Positions 13,008-23,511 of a stretch of DNA of 64,000 bases are shown one piece after another; the first letter of the stretch is position 1, and every line of letters starts with the position of its first letter. This stretch comes from Candidatus Eiseniibacteriota bacterium (lineage in GTDB: Bacteria; Eisenbacteria; RBG-16-71-46), in NCBI GenBank assembly GCA_963776245.1, contig CAVZLN010000008.1:128001-192000 (forward strand), given 5' to 3'. Both the position numbers and the translations under genes were made by a program. The notes beneath the pieces are model-generated. The model was not told where the DNA came from. It was given only the letters and a program-made list of their open reading frames with translations, and ran no database searches.

Positions 13008-15784
13008 ATGCGGTCGCGGACGCTGGCGATCCTGTTCGCGGGCGCGGTGCTGGTGACCGCGCCCGCGGCACGTGCGGCGGTGACGGTCGAGGGTCTGGCG
13101 CTGCCCGACACCGGCCTGTTCGAGACCGTGGCCCAGCGCTACCGGTGAGCCTCGCGGCGCTCGAGCGCCTGCCCGGGCCCCAGCGCGTGGGCATGCTGCT
13201 CGCCTGCGGACGCGTGGACGAGGCGTGCAGCCTCGCCACCTCCCATCGAACCGAGAGCCGCGAGTGGACGCTCGCGGCGCTCCAGGCGCTGCTCGCCCGG
13301 GATGGCGCGCTCACCCGCGCGGACCTGCGGCCGCTCGAGCGCGCGGACGCGACCGACCTCGAGCGCCGCACGTGGTTCGCCGCGCGGTTCGGCATGGACG
13401 ATGCCGGGCGGGTAGCCGACGCCACGCGCGGCCTCGATCTGGCGCCGGGCACGCTCGCGCGCACGCCCGACCTGCTCGCGGCCGCGCGGCTCGCCTACGA
13501 CATGTTCGACGACGCGCGCGCCGAGTCGTGCGCGACCCGGCTGCTCGAGCGCTATCCGCCCGGCGTGTCCGAGTACCGCGAGGGCATGGTCCCCTCCGGC
13601 ACCGCTCGCGCCGCGGCGCTTGCCCGTCTCGCCCTGGTGCTCCAGCGGCGCCGCGACTGGGACGGGGCGCTGGCGCGCGCGGACGAGGCGCTGCGGACCG
13701 ATCCCAGCCCCGACGCGCTCGAGACCCTCGCCCAGTCGCTGATCCGCCTCGGCCGCACCGACGAGGCCATCAGCGCCGCGCAATGGGAGGCCGCGCTCGA
13801 TCCGTACGCCGCCCAGTCGGACGCGGCGTTCGATCCCTCCCACTCGAGCGCGCATTACCTGCTCGGCAACGGCTACACGCGCCGCAACTACACCCAGCTC
13901 ACCGCCGCCTACCGCCAGGCGTTCGCCGACGCCGCGGGCCGCCAGGCGCTGGCCGCGGCGGACGCGCGCCTCGCCGCCGGCGAGCGCGCCGCCGCGCGCG
14001 CCGCGTACGCGGCGGTGATCGCCGCGCACCCGGGGTGGGCCGACGCCCGGGTGCGCCTGGCGTCGCTCGACTTCGAGGACGCGCGCTTCGCCGAGGCGGT
14101 GGCGGGCTGCCAGGCGGCGCTGAGGCTCTGCCCCGAGTACGGCCGCGCGCACGCCGTCCTGTCGCGCGCGCTCGAGGCGCGGCGCTTCACCATCGACGTG
14201 CACCGCCAGGACTACGAGCGCCGATTCGCCGAGGCGCCGACGCCGGAGGTGCCCGGCATCGAGCGGTTCGTGGTCAACTGGAAGTCGCTCTCGCCCCGCC
14301 ACCAGAAGCGCGTCGCGCTCTCGGTCGCGCCGTGGAAGGCGTTCCTCCCGGTGCTGGTGGAGGGCGGCGCCACCTTCTACATCAAGCCGATGTACATGCT
14401 GCTCTCCGACTGCCCGGGGCAGGAGGCGCTCAAGGATCAGCGCATCGACTACGACTCGCGGCTGTGGGACGACGTGCGCGGGTGCGGCGGCTATCGCACC
14501 GTGACCGGCATCGAGGACGTGGAGCGCACCATCTTCGATCGCTACAACACCGTGCTCCACGAGCTCACGCACCAGGTGCACGGCGTGCTGCCGCCCGACG
14601 ACGGGCGCGTCATCCTCGAGCACTACCGTGCCGCCAAGTCCCGCGACGACGCCACCAAGAACGGTTTCCTCTCGCGTTACGCGGGCGGCAGCGTGCACGA
14701 GTACCTGGCCGAGGGCGCCAACGCGCTCGCCTCGCCGAAGCGGGACGCCTTCGATCCGCGCGAGGTGGTGCGCGAGCGGCTCGACGCCATCGACCCCGCG
14801 CTGCGCACGCTGGTCGAGGGGCTCATGGCGCGCACCGACGTGAGCGCGTCCTACCCGATCGCCTACGTGAACGCCGGAGGCGATCGCATCGAGCGCGGCA
14901 AGGTGGCCGAGGCGCTGCCATTCTACGACCGCGCGCTGGCCCGCTCGCCGCGCGAGGAGAGCGCGCACGCCGCGCGGGTCGAGGCGCTGGTGCTGGGCGG
15001 GCGCGGGCCCGAGGCGCTAGCCGCCGCGGACCGCGCGGTGGAGGCGCAGCCGGCGAGCGGGGTGGTGCGCGTCGTCGCGGCGCTCGCCGCCTGGCACGGC
15101 GGGCGCGGGCTGGAGGCCGCGATCGCGTCGCTGCGGGCGTCACGCTCCGCGGTCCGCGCTGCCGATCTGCCGGCCTTCGACCGCACGCTCGGACGGCTGG
15201 CGTGGACCCAGGGCGACGCGGACCTGGCGCTGGCGGCGTTCGACTCGGCGCTGGTCCGCCAGTCCGACGATCCCGACGCGCTGCGCGGCAAGGCCGCGGC
15301 GCTCGCGCTCGCCCGGCGCTGGGACGAGGCGTTCGCGGTCTACGACCAGGCGGTGCGCCTGCGCACCGGGATCGTCGGGCTGCGCTGCGACCAGGCGCGC
15401 GATCTGTTGCGCGCCGGCCGCGTCGACGCGGCGCTCGCCCAGCTCGATGCCGCCCTCCTGCTGGATGCCGAAGACCCCGAGGCCGAGGCGCTGCGCGGCT
15501 GGGCCGCGCTCGAGTCGGGTGCGCCGGACTCGGCGAAGGCGCACGCCGAACGCGCGCTCGGGTACGGCCCGTGGAGCGACCTCGCGCGCATGGTGCTGGG
15601 CGCGGCGGAGGCGCGGCTCGGTCACGCCAGCGCAGCGGCGCGAGCGTGGGCGCCGGTCCGGGAGCGCATCGCGAAGGCGGTGCCGCCGGGCTACGTGTAC
15701 CGCGACCGGCTCTCGACCTGGGAAGAGGTGCACACCCTGCCCGCGGTCGAGCGCGCGCAGTTCGAGGCGTGGACCCAGCCGTGA
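13008..15784 (+). CDS. Exported TPR protein with a central HEXXH zinc-metallopeptidase domain (frameshift near 13143)
   Basis: Signal peptide MRSRTLAILFAGAV..., TPR helices on both sides of WDDVRGCGG...VLHELTHQVH...EYLAEG. Confidence 0.8.
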
Positions 15785-15829
15785 CGCGGTACTCCGCGCG
15801 CGCGCACGACCGGCGGGGGAGCGCGCGGT

Positions 15830-18800
15830 CTAACGGAGGATCACGAGGCGGGTGACCAGCACGCGGATGCTGCCGGCGAACCGCACCAGATAGAGACCGG
15901 GCGGGACCGCCATCCCCGCCTCGTCGCGCCCGTCCCAGCGCACCACGCCCTCGGGCCCCCGGTCCACTTCGAGCGTGCGGATCAGCCGCCCCTGCACGTC
16001 GTGGATGCTCATGAGCCGGGGCGTCGGCGCCCAGAACGGGTCGGACCAGAAGAGCGACACCGGCGGGCGCGCCGGATTCGAGACCGCGAGCAGCGCGATG
16101 TCCGTGCGCCCGGCCAGCGGACCGACCCGCGTGTCCACCACGTTCGAGAGCGGCGACGCGCCGCCCGCGAGGTCGAGCGCGCGCAGCGCGAACCACCAGC
16201 GCTGGCCCAGCGGGATGCCCGCGACCGAGGCGATCTCCGCCGCGCCCGCGGCGGCGCGCCCCGGGAGCGTCCAGGCCAGCGGAGCGGAGCGGAAGGACGC
16301 GGGCGTGATCGGCGCGCCCGCGGCGCGCAATTCGTACCACGCGGCATGCCCGCTCTCGGCGTCGTCGTGCGCGGCGCTCCAGCGCAGCACCACGACCGAA
16401 TCGTGCACCTCCACCACCCGCAGGTCGCGTACCGGGTCCGGAGGGACGCCGGAGAGGGCGACCGGGATCGCGTCGGAGACCGGCGCGCGTATGCCGGTCG
16501 CGCCGACGCCTCGCAACGCGATCCAGCAGCGCTCTCCGGGGACGAAGGGAACGATCGTGTGGACCTCGGCCGCGACCTGGGTCGTGCCCGCGGCGACCGT
16601 CCACGCCCGTGGGGCGGCGTCGAACGTCGAATCCACGATCGAATCGCGCGCCGCGCGCACCTCGTAGCTCGGCACGCGTCCGCCCGCGGCGCCCTCCCAC
16701 GCCGGGGTCCAGCGCAGGGTCACGCTGGTGTCGCCCACGCTGGTGGCCCGCAGGTCCAGCACGCGCGCCGGGGCGTTGGAGAGCGGGACGGGCACCACAT
16801 TCGAGATCGCCCCCCGGTTCTGGGAATCATCCACCGCCCGCAGCGCGAGCCACCAGCCCGGCCCGGGGGTCCACGGCGCGACGCGCAGCGTCTCCCACTC
16901 GCCCGCATCGACGCTCGCGGGCACGTCCCAGCCGCGCTCGGCGAGCGTGAAGTCCGCTTCGGTGAGCGGCGCGTGCGCCGCGCGCACCTCGTAGAGCGCC
17001 GGGCGTCCGGTGCGGCCGTCGTCCCCGACCGCGGTCCAGGTGATCGTGATGCTGGTGTCGTCCACCGAGGCCACTCTCAGGTCGGACACCGGGGCCGGCG
17101 GGACCCCCAGCGTGGTCAGGTCGACCAGATTGGACGGGGCGCTCATGTTGCCCGAGGAGTCGACCGAGGCGATCGCGAACACGTACGGCGCGTTCTCATC
17201 GAGGCCGACCACGACCGCCTGCTGGAAGGTCCCGGGGGCACCGGGCGGCGGAACATGGTACGCCGGCTGAGCGAGGGCGAACGAGAACGCCTCGCGCGCG
17301 CCGCGGGCGTAACGCAGGCTGTACGAGGCGATGCCCGACTGCCCCGCGTCGCTCTTGGCGGTCCAGCCCAGCACCACGCTGTCGGGTCCCTGGGCCACCA
17401 GCCGCAGGTCCTGGATCCGGTAGGGCAACGCGTCATCGATCAGGTCCAGTGCCGGCGCCGGCGAGCGCGAGCCGGTGTGCGCGGCGTTGCCCCGCGCGGT
17501 GCGCCAGGTCGCGGCGCTCTCCTGCCACGGCGCCATGGTCAGTTTGAGCTGCGCCAGGGAGCCATCGGCGCCGGCGCCGATCACGACATCGGTGGCGCCA
17601 TCCGAGCCGAGGTCCGCCAGCGTCGCCCACGGGCTCTGGCGCCGCGCCGGTTCGAACGGCAGGCTCGCGCCTCGCGCCTCGATCAGGTCGAAGCGGACCG
17701 AACCGTCGGTCTCGACCATCGGGCACACCACCGCGCTCGATCCGTCCACGTGCACGGGTCCCACCAGCACCGGGCCCAGCGGAACCCCCGCGAGGGCCGC
17801 CACCCAGAGCGATTCGGCCGCCACGGACGGGTCGATCGGGAGCGCGGCGAGGCCGCCCCGGATGGGGATCACCAGGTCATCCGCGCCATCCCCATCGAGG
17901 TCGCCGACCGCCGGCGGCCCGGTCACCACGTCGGACAGGATGCGGAGCCTCAGCATGCGCCCCGCGGCATCGAAAGTGCGCACCTCGGTCCCCGCCGCCA
18001 CCACGATGCGCGGCGCGCCCGTCGCACGGTCCCGGACCACCACGGGTGGCGACACCGGCGGAGTGACCGACTGCGGCCAGCCCGGCAGCACGGCGCCGGT
18101 GTGGTCGAGCGCGAGGACCTGCCCGGTCGCGGTGGCCACCACGATCTCCAGCCCCGGGGCGCCATCGAGATCGTCGAGCGCCAGGCTCAGGTCGCGGGGC
18201 CAGCCGCCGATCCGGTACGGGAAGCCGGCCAACGGCGTGCCGTCCAGCCGCCAGGCACGCACCTCGCCACCACCACCCGCCTCCACCACCTCCACCCGGC
18301 CGTCTCCGTCGAGGTCGCCGAGCGCGAGCGCCGCGTCGGCCGGCAGCCCGGGCGAGACCGCGACGCCGGCCACCGGCCAGCCCGCGAGCGCGCGCAACTG
18401 GGCATCGCACGCGAACACGGAGCCATCGCCGAGCGGAACGAACAACCCGTTCCCGCGCCCCCCGCCAAGACTGGCCGCCACCGCGCCGCCCACGGCGCGG
18501 GCCGGAAGCCACGCCGTGGCGGTGATGGTGTCGCGCACCGGATCCAGCAGGAGCAGGCGCTGGTCGTCGGTCACCACGACGATCCGGCCGCGGCCGAGGT
18601 AGGTGCGCAGGACCACCGGAGAGCCGACCGTGCCGGCGCCCAGCGGGATACCGATGCGCAGGTTCGGGGACATGAACAGGTTGTGGAGATTGAGCCGGCC
18701 CGCACCGTAATACCCGTCCGGGTTGAGCGCGGAGATGTCGTCGCTGGTGCTCTTCAGGATCCTCTGCACGTCCGCCGGCGACAGCAGACCGAGGCCGCGG

Positions 18801-20164
18801 CCGAGCCGGCGTGCCTGCAACATCGCGACCGCGGCCGCGACCTGGGGCGCGGAGAACGAGGTCCCGCTGCCTCCCATCACGTAGCTCGGATGGCGCTCAC
18901 CGGTGCTGTCCGCGTGCGACAGGATGGCCACCGGCAGGTCGACGCCCGGCGCCGCGATATCGATGTACGCGCTCCGGTTCGAGAACGCCGCCACCACGTC
19001 GGAGGAGTCGGTGGCGCTCACCGAGATGACGTCATTCATCCACTCGAGGTAGTTCGAGGAGCGGTAGTTCCCGGCCGCCACCACGATGGTCACCCCGGCA
19101 TCGCTGGCGGCCAGCGCCGCCTCCACGAGCGGCAGGGTCCAGAAGTTCGCGAACGAGGCATTGACCACCTTCGCGCCATTGCGGCGAGCGTAGTCCAGCG
19201 CCTGTGCCACGCACAGCATGTCGACCTCGCCCAGTGGATATCGCGGCGAGGACCACCCCACCCGCAGCGCCATCAGCTTCGCCTTCCAGAGCACCCCGGT
19301 GGTCCCGATGCGATTGTTCCCGATCGCGCCCACCACCGAGGCCACCGCGGTCCCGTGGCTCGTGAAGTCGCTGGGGTCATTGTCCTGATCGCGCCAGTCC
19401 TCGTTCGCCGTGGCCATGGTGGAATCCGTGAGCGCGACGAAGTCCCAGCCCCACACGTCGTCCACGTAGCCATTGCCGTCGTCGTCCACCCCCGGCCGCC
19501 CGAGGCGCTCGGCTTCGTTGGTCCACAGGTTCCCCCACCCGCCCGCGACGCTCCCGCCCAGATCGGGGTGATCACGAAGGATGCCGGTGTCGAGGATGGC
19601 GACGGGCACCGCGCTGGCGTCCGTGAGCACGTCCCAGGCTTCGGGCGCCTGCAGGTTGTGGCGGGTCGCCGGTCCGAGGTTCCACTGCAGCGCATAGAGC
19701 GAATCGTCGGGGATCGCCGTGACCGGACAGACCGGCACGGGCTCTGCCAGCTCCACCTCCGGGATCGCCGCGAGGCTGTCGAGGCTCGCGCCGAGGTCGG
19801 CGCCCGGCCGCAGGTCCACCGACCACCACGCCGCCAGCCGGTCGTCCGCCGGCGCATTCCCCACCACCGCGCCGCGGAACGCCGGCTCGAAGTGCGCGCC
19901 CAAGCGCCCCAGCGCGACCCCAGCGCTGGCGAGCTCCGGGCTCGAGAAGGGAGACGCCGCGCGGCGCGCGAGGGCGCGGGCAGCGCGCGCGGCCGGCGGA
20001 CGCAGGCGCACCACCACCCGATCGCCGCGGTAGCAGGCGGGCGCCGAGTCTCCCGCCGTCGCCGACCACACCGGCAGCTCGAGCCGTCGCGCCGCTGCGG
20101 GCGCGGCGGCGAGCCCGAGGACGACGACGAGCAGCCAGTGGAACGACCGGCTCATGGGTCGCAT
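15830..20164 (-). CDS. Secreted S8 (subtilisin-like) peptidase with FG-GAP-like repeats, four FN3-like repeats and a C-terminal FlgD-Ig/T9SS-type domain
   Basis: Catalytic triad ILDTG / SHGTAVA / GTSFSAP; GDLDGDG repeats; 4x PxxVxDLR..WTA/WSA; terminal WDGRD...GLYLVR...LVILR. Confidence 0.9.
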   Translation of the reverse strand: MRPMSRSFHWLLVVVLGLAAAPAAARRLELPVWSATAGDSAPACYRGDRVVVRLRPPAARAARALARRAASPFSSPELASAGVALGRLGAHFEPAFRGAVVGNAPADDRLAAWWSVDLRPGADLGASLDSLAAIPEVELAEPVPVCPVTAIPDDSLYALQWNLGPATRHNLQAPEAWDVLTDASAVPVAILDTGILRDHPDLGGSVAGGWGNLWTNEAERLGRPGVDDDGNGYVDDVWGWDFVALTDSTMATANEDWRDQDNDPSDFTSHGTAVASVVGAIGNNRIGTTGVLWKAKLMALRVGWSSPRYPLGEVDMLCVAQALDYARRNGAKVVNASFANFWTLPLVEAALAASDAGVTIVVAAGNYRSSNYLEWMNDVISVSATDSSDVVAAFSNRSAYIDIAAPGVDLPVAILSHADSTGERHPSYVMGGSGTSFSAPQVAAAVAMLQARRLGRGLGLLSPADVQRILKSTSDDISALNPDGYYGAGRLNLHNLFMSPNLRIGIPLGAGTVGSPVVLRTYLGRGRIVVVTDDQRLLLLDPVRDTITATAWLPARAVGGAVAASLGGGRGNGLFVPLGDGSVFACDAQLRALAGWPVAGVAVSPGLPADAALALGDLDGDGRVEVVEAGGGGEVRAWRLDGTPLAGFPYRIGGWPRDLSLALDDLDGAPGLEIVVATATGQVLALDHTGAVLPGWPQSVTPPVSPPVVVRDRATGAPRIVVAAGTEVRTFDAAGRMLRLRILSDVVTGPPAVGDLDGDGADDLVIPIRGGLAALPIDPSVAAESLWVAALAGVPLGPVLVGPVHVDGSSAVVCPMVETDGSVRFDLIEARGASLPFEPARRQSPWATLADLGSDGATDVVIGAGADGSLAQLKLTMAPWQESAATWRTARGNAAHTGSRSPAPALDLIDDALPYRIQDLRLVAQGPDSVVLGWTAKSDAGQSGIASYSLRYARGAREAFSFALAQPAYHVPPPGAPGTFQQAVVVGLDENAPYVFAIASVDSSGNMSAPSNLVDLTTLGVPPAPVSDLRVASVDDTSITITWTAVGDDGRTGRPALYEVRAAHAPLTEADFTLAERGWDVPASVDAGEWETLRVAPWTPGPGWWLALRAVDDSQNRGAISNVVPVPLSNAPARVLDLRATSVGDTSVTLRWTPAWEGAAGGRVPSYEVRAARDSIVDSTFDAAPRAWTVAAGTTQVAAEVHTIVPFVPGERCWIALRGVGATGIRAPVSDAIPVALSGVPPDPVRDLRVVEVHDSVVVLRWSAAHDDAESGHAAWYELRAAGAPITPASFRSAPLAWTLPGRAAAGAAEIASVAGIPLGQRWWFALRALDLAGGASPLSNVVDTRVGPLAGRTDIALLAVSNPARPPVSLFWSDPFWAPTPRLMSIHDVQGRLIRTLEVDRGPEGVVRWDGRDEAGMAVPPGLYLVRFAGSIRVLVTRLVILR

Positions 20165-20206
20165 GGAACTCCCCGACGGAGACGGCCCGGTCGTCCTGTC
20201 CAGGGG

Positions 20207-20235
20207 AGGGTAAGCAAGCCGCAGGCGCGTATCAA
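20207..20235 (-). promoter_or_regulatory. Sigma-70-type promoter for the S8 peptidase
   Basis: TTGATA-17 nt-TACCCT on the minus strand. Confidence 0.45.
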
Positions 20236-20344
20236 GACTTCTCGCGCCATCTCCCGTGCCACCCGGTCGGCCCGCGGCCGTCCCGCGACCGGCCCGGACA
20301 TCCCACCCGCCGGGAGCGCCGGGCCGGACGCCCGCGTTCCGCGC

Positions 20345-22432
20345 TCATCGGACGACCACCAGCTTGCGCGCCAGCGTCCCCTCCGCGCTCTGCAGGCGCA
20401 CCACGTACATCCCGACCGGCGCCGCGCGACCGTTCGCGTCCCGCCCGTCCCAGGTCACGTGGTGGGCGCCGGCGGCCGCGCCTGCCTCGCGATGCTCCCA
20501 CACCAGGGCGCCGCGCACATCGTAGAGCCGCACGCTCACGTCGCCCGTCCGTGGCAGCGTGAACGAGAACAGCGCCCCGTTGCGGGCGGGATCCGGCCAC
20601 GGCGGCGCCAGCTCGAGTCTCCCCGGGCTCGCGGCCGCCACGTCGGTGGGCAGCGGCACCACGCTCTTGAGGATCCAGCCGTCGCGGTCGAGCTCGACCG
20701 CGGTCGGCTCCGCGTCGACGTGGAAGGTGAACGACTGGGTCGCCAGCGAGTCCCAGGCGACGAAGGTCGGCGAGCCAGTGGCGGTGGTGATGGTGACGTC
20801 CACCGGCATCCAGAACAATTGCCACGGCTGGGACTGCAGGAGCAGGACCGACACGTCGTAGCCCCCTCCCGCGGCGGGCTGCGCGTTCCAGCCGTACCGA
20901 TACTCCGGGTAGTACTCGCCGTACACCCACTGGGTGAAGTACTTGTCGAGATCGCGTCCGCCGACGCTCGCGCACACGTCGCGGAAGTCCTCGGTGGTCG
21001 CGGTGCCGTACCCGAACTGCTGCCCGTACTGGCGCAGCGCCTGGAAGAACAGCGTGTCGGTCATCGCGTGCCGCAGCATGTGCAGCACCCACGAGCCCTT
21101 GTTGTACGAGAGGTCCCCGTTGAACACGGCGTTCTCGTCGTACTCGTCGGCCACCCAGATGGTGCCGGGTCCGAAGTAGGCATTGGCGTCGACGTCGGCA
21201 TGGTAGGCGGACATGCCGCCGCCGGCTTCCTTCCACAGCGCCTCGCCATAGGTCGCGAATCCCTCGTTGAGCCAGATGTGATGGAAGTCCCGGCAGGTGA
21301 CCAAGTCACCCCACCACTGGTGCGCGAGCTCGTGGCACACCACGTACTCCGAGAATCCGCCGAGGCTGGTGATGGTCTGGTGTTCCATCCCGCCGCCCCA
21401 CGAGAACTCCGCCTCGCCGTACTTCTCGTCGAGGTAGGGATAGGGCCCGAAGCGCGCGGCATAGGCAGCGATCATCCCCTTGACCCTGGCGTTCACCGCC
21501 GCGGCGCCGGCCACCCGCTCGGGGAACATGTAGAAGCGGATCGGCATCGAGTCCGCCGGCGCCGGCCGGTACCAGTCGGTGGACACCGCGTAGGCGAAGC
21601 TGGCGATCGACACGAGATAGGTGGCGATCGGGTGGCGCTCCGCCCACTGCGTGACGGCGTGGGTGCCATCGTCGCTCGAGGAGAGCAGCACGCCATTGCT
21701 GGCGGTGATCATGCCGCTCGGCGCGGTGAACCGCACCGTCACCGAGTCCGCCTTGTCCTCGGGCGCGTCCTTGCACGGCCACCACTCGCGCGCGCCGAAC
21801 GGCTCGCTCAGCGACCACATGAGCGGCAGACCGTTGTGGGTCGTGAATGTGAACGCGGCGCTGAAGGTGCCGGCCCCCGGCACGCCGTGGTACCCGATCG
21901 TCACGTCCACGTCCTCGCCGCCGGCATAGGCGCGGCCGAGCGAGACGCTCAGCATCCCGGCGGCATGACTGAAGGCCGCAGGCGCGCCCGCGACGGTCAC
22001 CGAGTCCACCGTCATGACGTCGGACAGGTCGAGGTCGAGCGCCGAGAGCGGCCCGTCCGTCACCGTCGCGCGCACGCGCACCAGGCCGGAGAGCACCTGG
22101 GTCGCGGGTTCGGCGTGGAGATCGAGGTCGTAGGCGCGCGCGTCGTAGCGCTGCTGGGCCGGCGTCGCCACCGCGCGGACCGCCGCCGCGCGCTGCGCCC
22201 GGAGGCGCATGGCGACCGCCTTGTGGAACGACAGATAGGGCGCCACGTCGCTCTCGTCGTACACCCCGCCCGGCCAGCCCGACTCGTCAGGCGGGAAATA
22301 CACCGGGCCGGCGAGCGCGCCGCGGCCGGCGAGGGACGTGGCCCAGAGCGCCGCGGCCAGGAACGCGATGGCTGCACGCCGTGGCGAGCGTGCGGGGAGG
22401 GCGGTATTCGAGCCGCATGGCCGGGGGATCAT
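20345..22432 (-). CDS. Secreted M1-family aminopeptidase with C-terminal FlgD-Ig/T9SS-type domain
   Basis: GGMEH, HELAHQWWGD, WLNEGFATY, SYNKGSWVLHMLR. ATG overlaps the upstream TGA (ATGA). Confidence 0.92.
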   Translation of the reverse strand: MIPRPCGSNTALPARSPRRAAIAFLAAALWATSLAGRGALAGPVYFPPDESGWPGGVYDESDVAPYLSFHKAVAMRLRAQRAAAVRAVATPAQQRYDARAYDLDLHAEPATQVLSGLVRVRATVTDGPLSALDLDLSDVMTVDSVTVAGAPAAFSHAAGMLSVSLGRAYAGGEDVDVTIGYHGVPGAGTFSAAFTFTTHNGLPLMWSLSEPFGAREWWPCKDAPEDKADSVTVRFTAPSGMITASNGVLLSSSDDGTHAVTQWAERHPIATYLVSIASFAYAVSTDWYRPAPADSMPIRFYMFPERVAGAAAVNARVKGMIAAYAARFGPYPYLDEKYGEAEFSWGGGMEHQTITSLGGFSEYVVCHELAHQWWGDLVTCRDFHHIWLNEGFATYGEALWKEAGGGMSAYHADVDANAYFGPGTIWVADEYDENAVFNGDLSYNKGSWVLHMLRHAMTDTLFFQALRQYGQQFGYGTATTEDFRDVCASVGGRDLDKYFTQWVYGEYYPEYRYGWNAQPAAGGGYDVSVLLLQSQPWQLFWMPVDVTITTATGSPTFVAWDSLATQSFTFHVDAEPTAVELDRDGWILKSVVPLPTDVAAASPGRLELAPPWPDPARNGALFSFTLPRTGDVSVRLYDVRGALVWEHREAGAAAGAHHVTWDGRDANGRAAPVGMYVVRLQSAEGTLARKLVVVR

Positions 22433-23421
22433 GCATGCAATTCTACGACGTCCCGGTCGGCCAGCACATGGTCTTTGTCGACCTGCTGGCCATCGAATCG
22501 CGCGTGCCCCCAGATCCGGGCGAAACGCAGGTGCGACGCGATGTCCTTGTGCACGTGCACCGCCAGCTCGTGCACGGTGGCGCCCGACGGCAGCACGAAC
22601 GGCCGCCGCGTGTCGGGCGGCCGGCCCGGCTCCTTGGCGTAGATGCGGATGCGGCCGAGGTCCTCGAAGAGCACGCGGCGCAGGTCCTCGAGCCCGCTGC
22701 CATGGGTGGCCGAGACGCTGTGCACCGGCCACACCCCGTCGAGCGACTCGCGCGCCAGCAGCTCGAACGTGCGGTCGGCGTCGAGGTCGCACTTGTTGAG
22801 CGCCACGCGCACCGGCTTCACCAGCGCGAAAGGCGGCGCGTCCTCGGGCATCGGCTTGCCGCGCGGCCACACCCGCGCGCGCTCGAGCAGGGCGACCAGC
22901 GCCGCCACCGCCGCCGCCAGGTCGTCGTCCGCCGGATCGAGCACCAGCAGCGCGCCATCGGCGTTGCGCACCAGATTCACCATGTAGCTCTCGGCGCGCT
23001 GCGCGGTGACCGCCGGGGTGTCCACCAGCTGCACCTGCACGTCCTCGAACGGCATCATCCCGGGCAGCGGCACGCGCGTCGTGAACGGATACGCGGCGAC
23101 CTCGGGATGCGCGTGGGTGAGCGCGGCGAGCAGTGCCGATTTGCCGGCATTGGGGGGACCGAGCAGAGCCCACTGTCCCGCGCCCTCGCGCCTGACGTGG
23201 CCCGGATCGGTGCGATGCGCGCTGCCCTTGCCGCCGTGCGCGCCCTCCTCCTCGAGCTTGGCGAGACGGCGGCGCAGGTCGGCGTACAGCTTCTCGGTGC
23301 CCTTGTGGCGGGGCAGCAGCGCGAGCATCTCGCGCAGGCCGGAGAGCTTTTCCTCGTGGCCCGTCGCCTCGCGGAAGCGCTGTTCCGCCTCCTTGTACTG
23401 TGCCGTGAGATTGGCCGGCAT
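22429..23421 (-). CDS. DRG/OBG-family GTPase with C-terminal TGS domain
   Basis: MPANLT..., GPPNAGKS, YPFTT, DTP, NKCD, SA motifs; TGS tail HVLADRDVVELH. Confidence 0.9.
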   Translation of the reverse strand: MPANLTAQYKEAEQRFREATGHEEKLSGLREMLALLPRHKGTEKLYADLRRRLAKLEEEGAHGGKGSAHRTDPGHVRREGAGQWALLGPPNAGKSALLAALTHAHPEVAAYPFTTRVPLPGMMPFEDVQVQLVDTPAVTAQRAESYMVNLVRNADGALLVLDPADDDLAAAVAALVALLERARVWPRGKPMPEDAPPFALVKPVRVALNKCDLDADRTFELLARESLDGVWPVHSVSATHGSGLEDLRRVLFEDLGRIRIYAKEPGRPPDTRRPFVLPSGATVHELAVHVHKDIASHLRFARIWGHARFDGQQVDKDHVLADRDVVELHA

Positions 23422-23511
23422 GCCGCGATGATAGAACCCCGCCCGAGCCGAGGGAAGGCGCCGGCGGTTTCGGCACGGCCGTGCACGCCCGCGCTCGTAC
23501 GCTGCCGCGCC

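Noticed and set aside
16001..22642. 2213-aa plus-strand ORF and many similar long R/A/G/P-rich ORFs
   Set aside because: These are shadow ORFs antisense to or out of frame with real genes, expected at this GC content.
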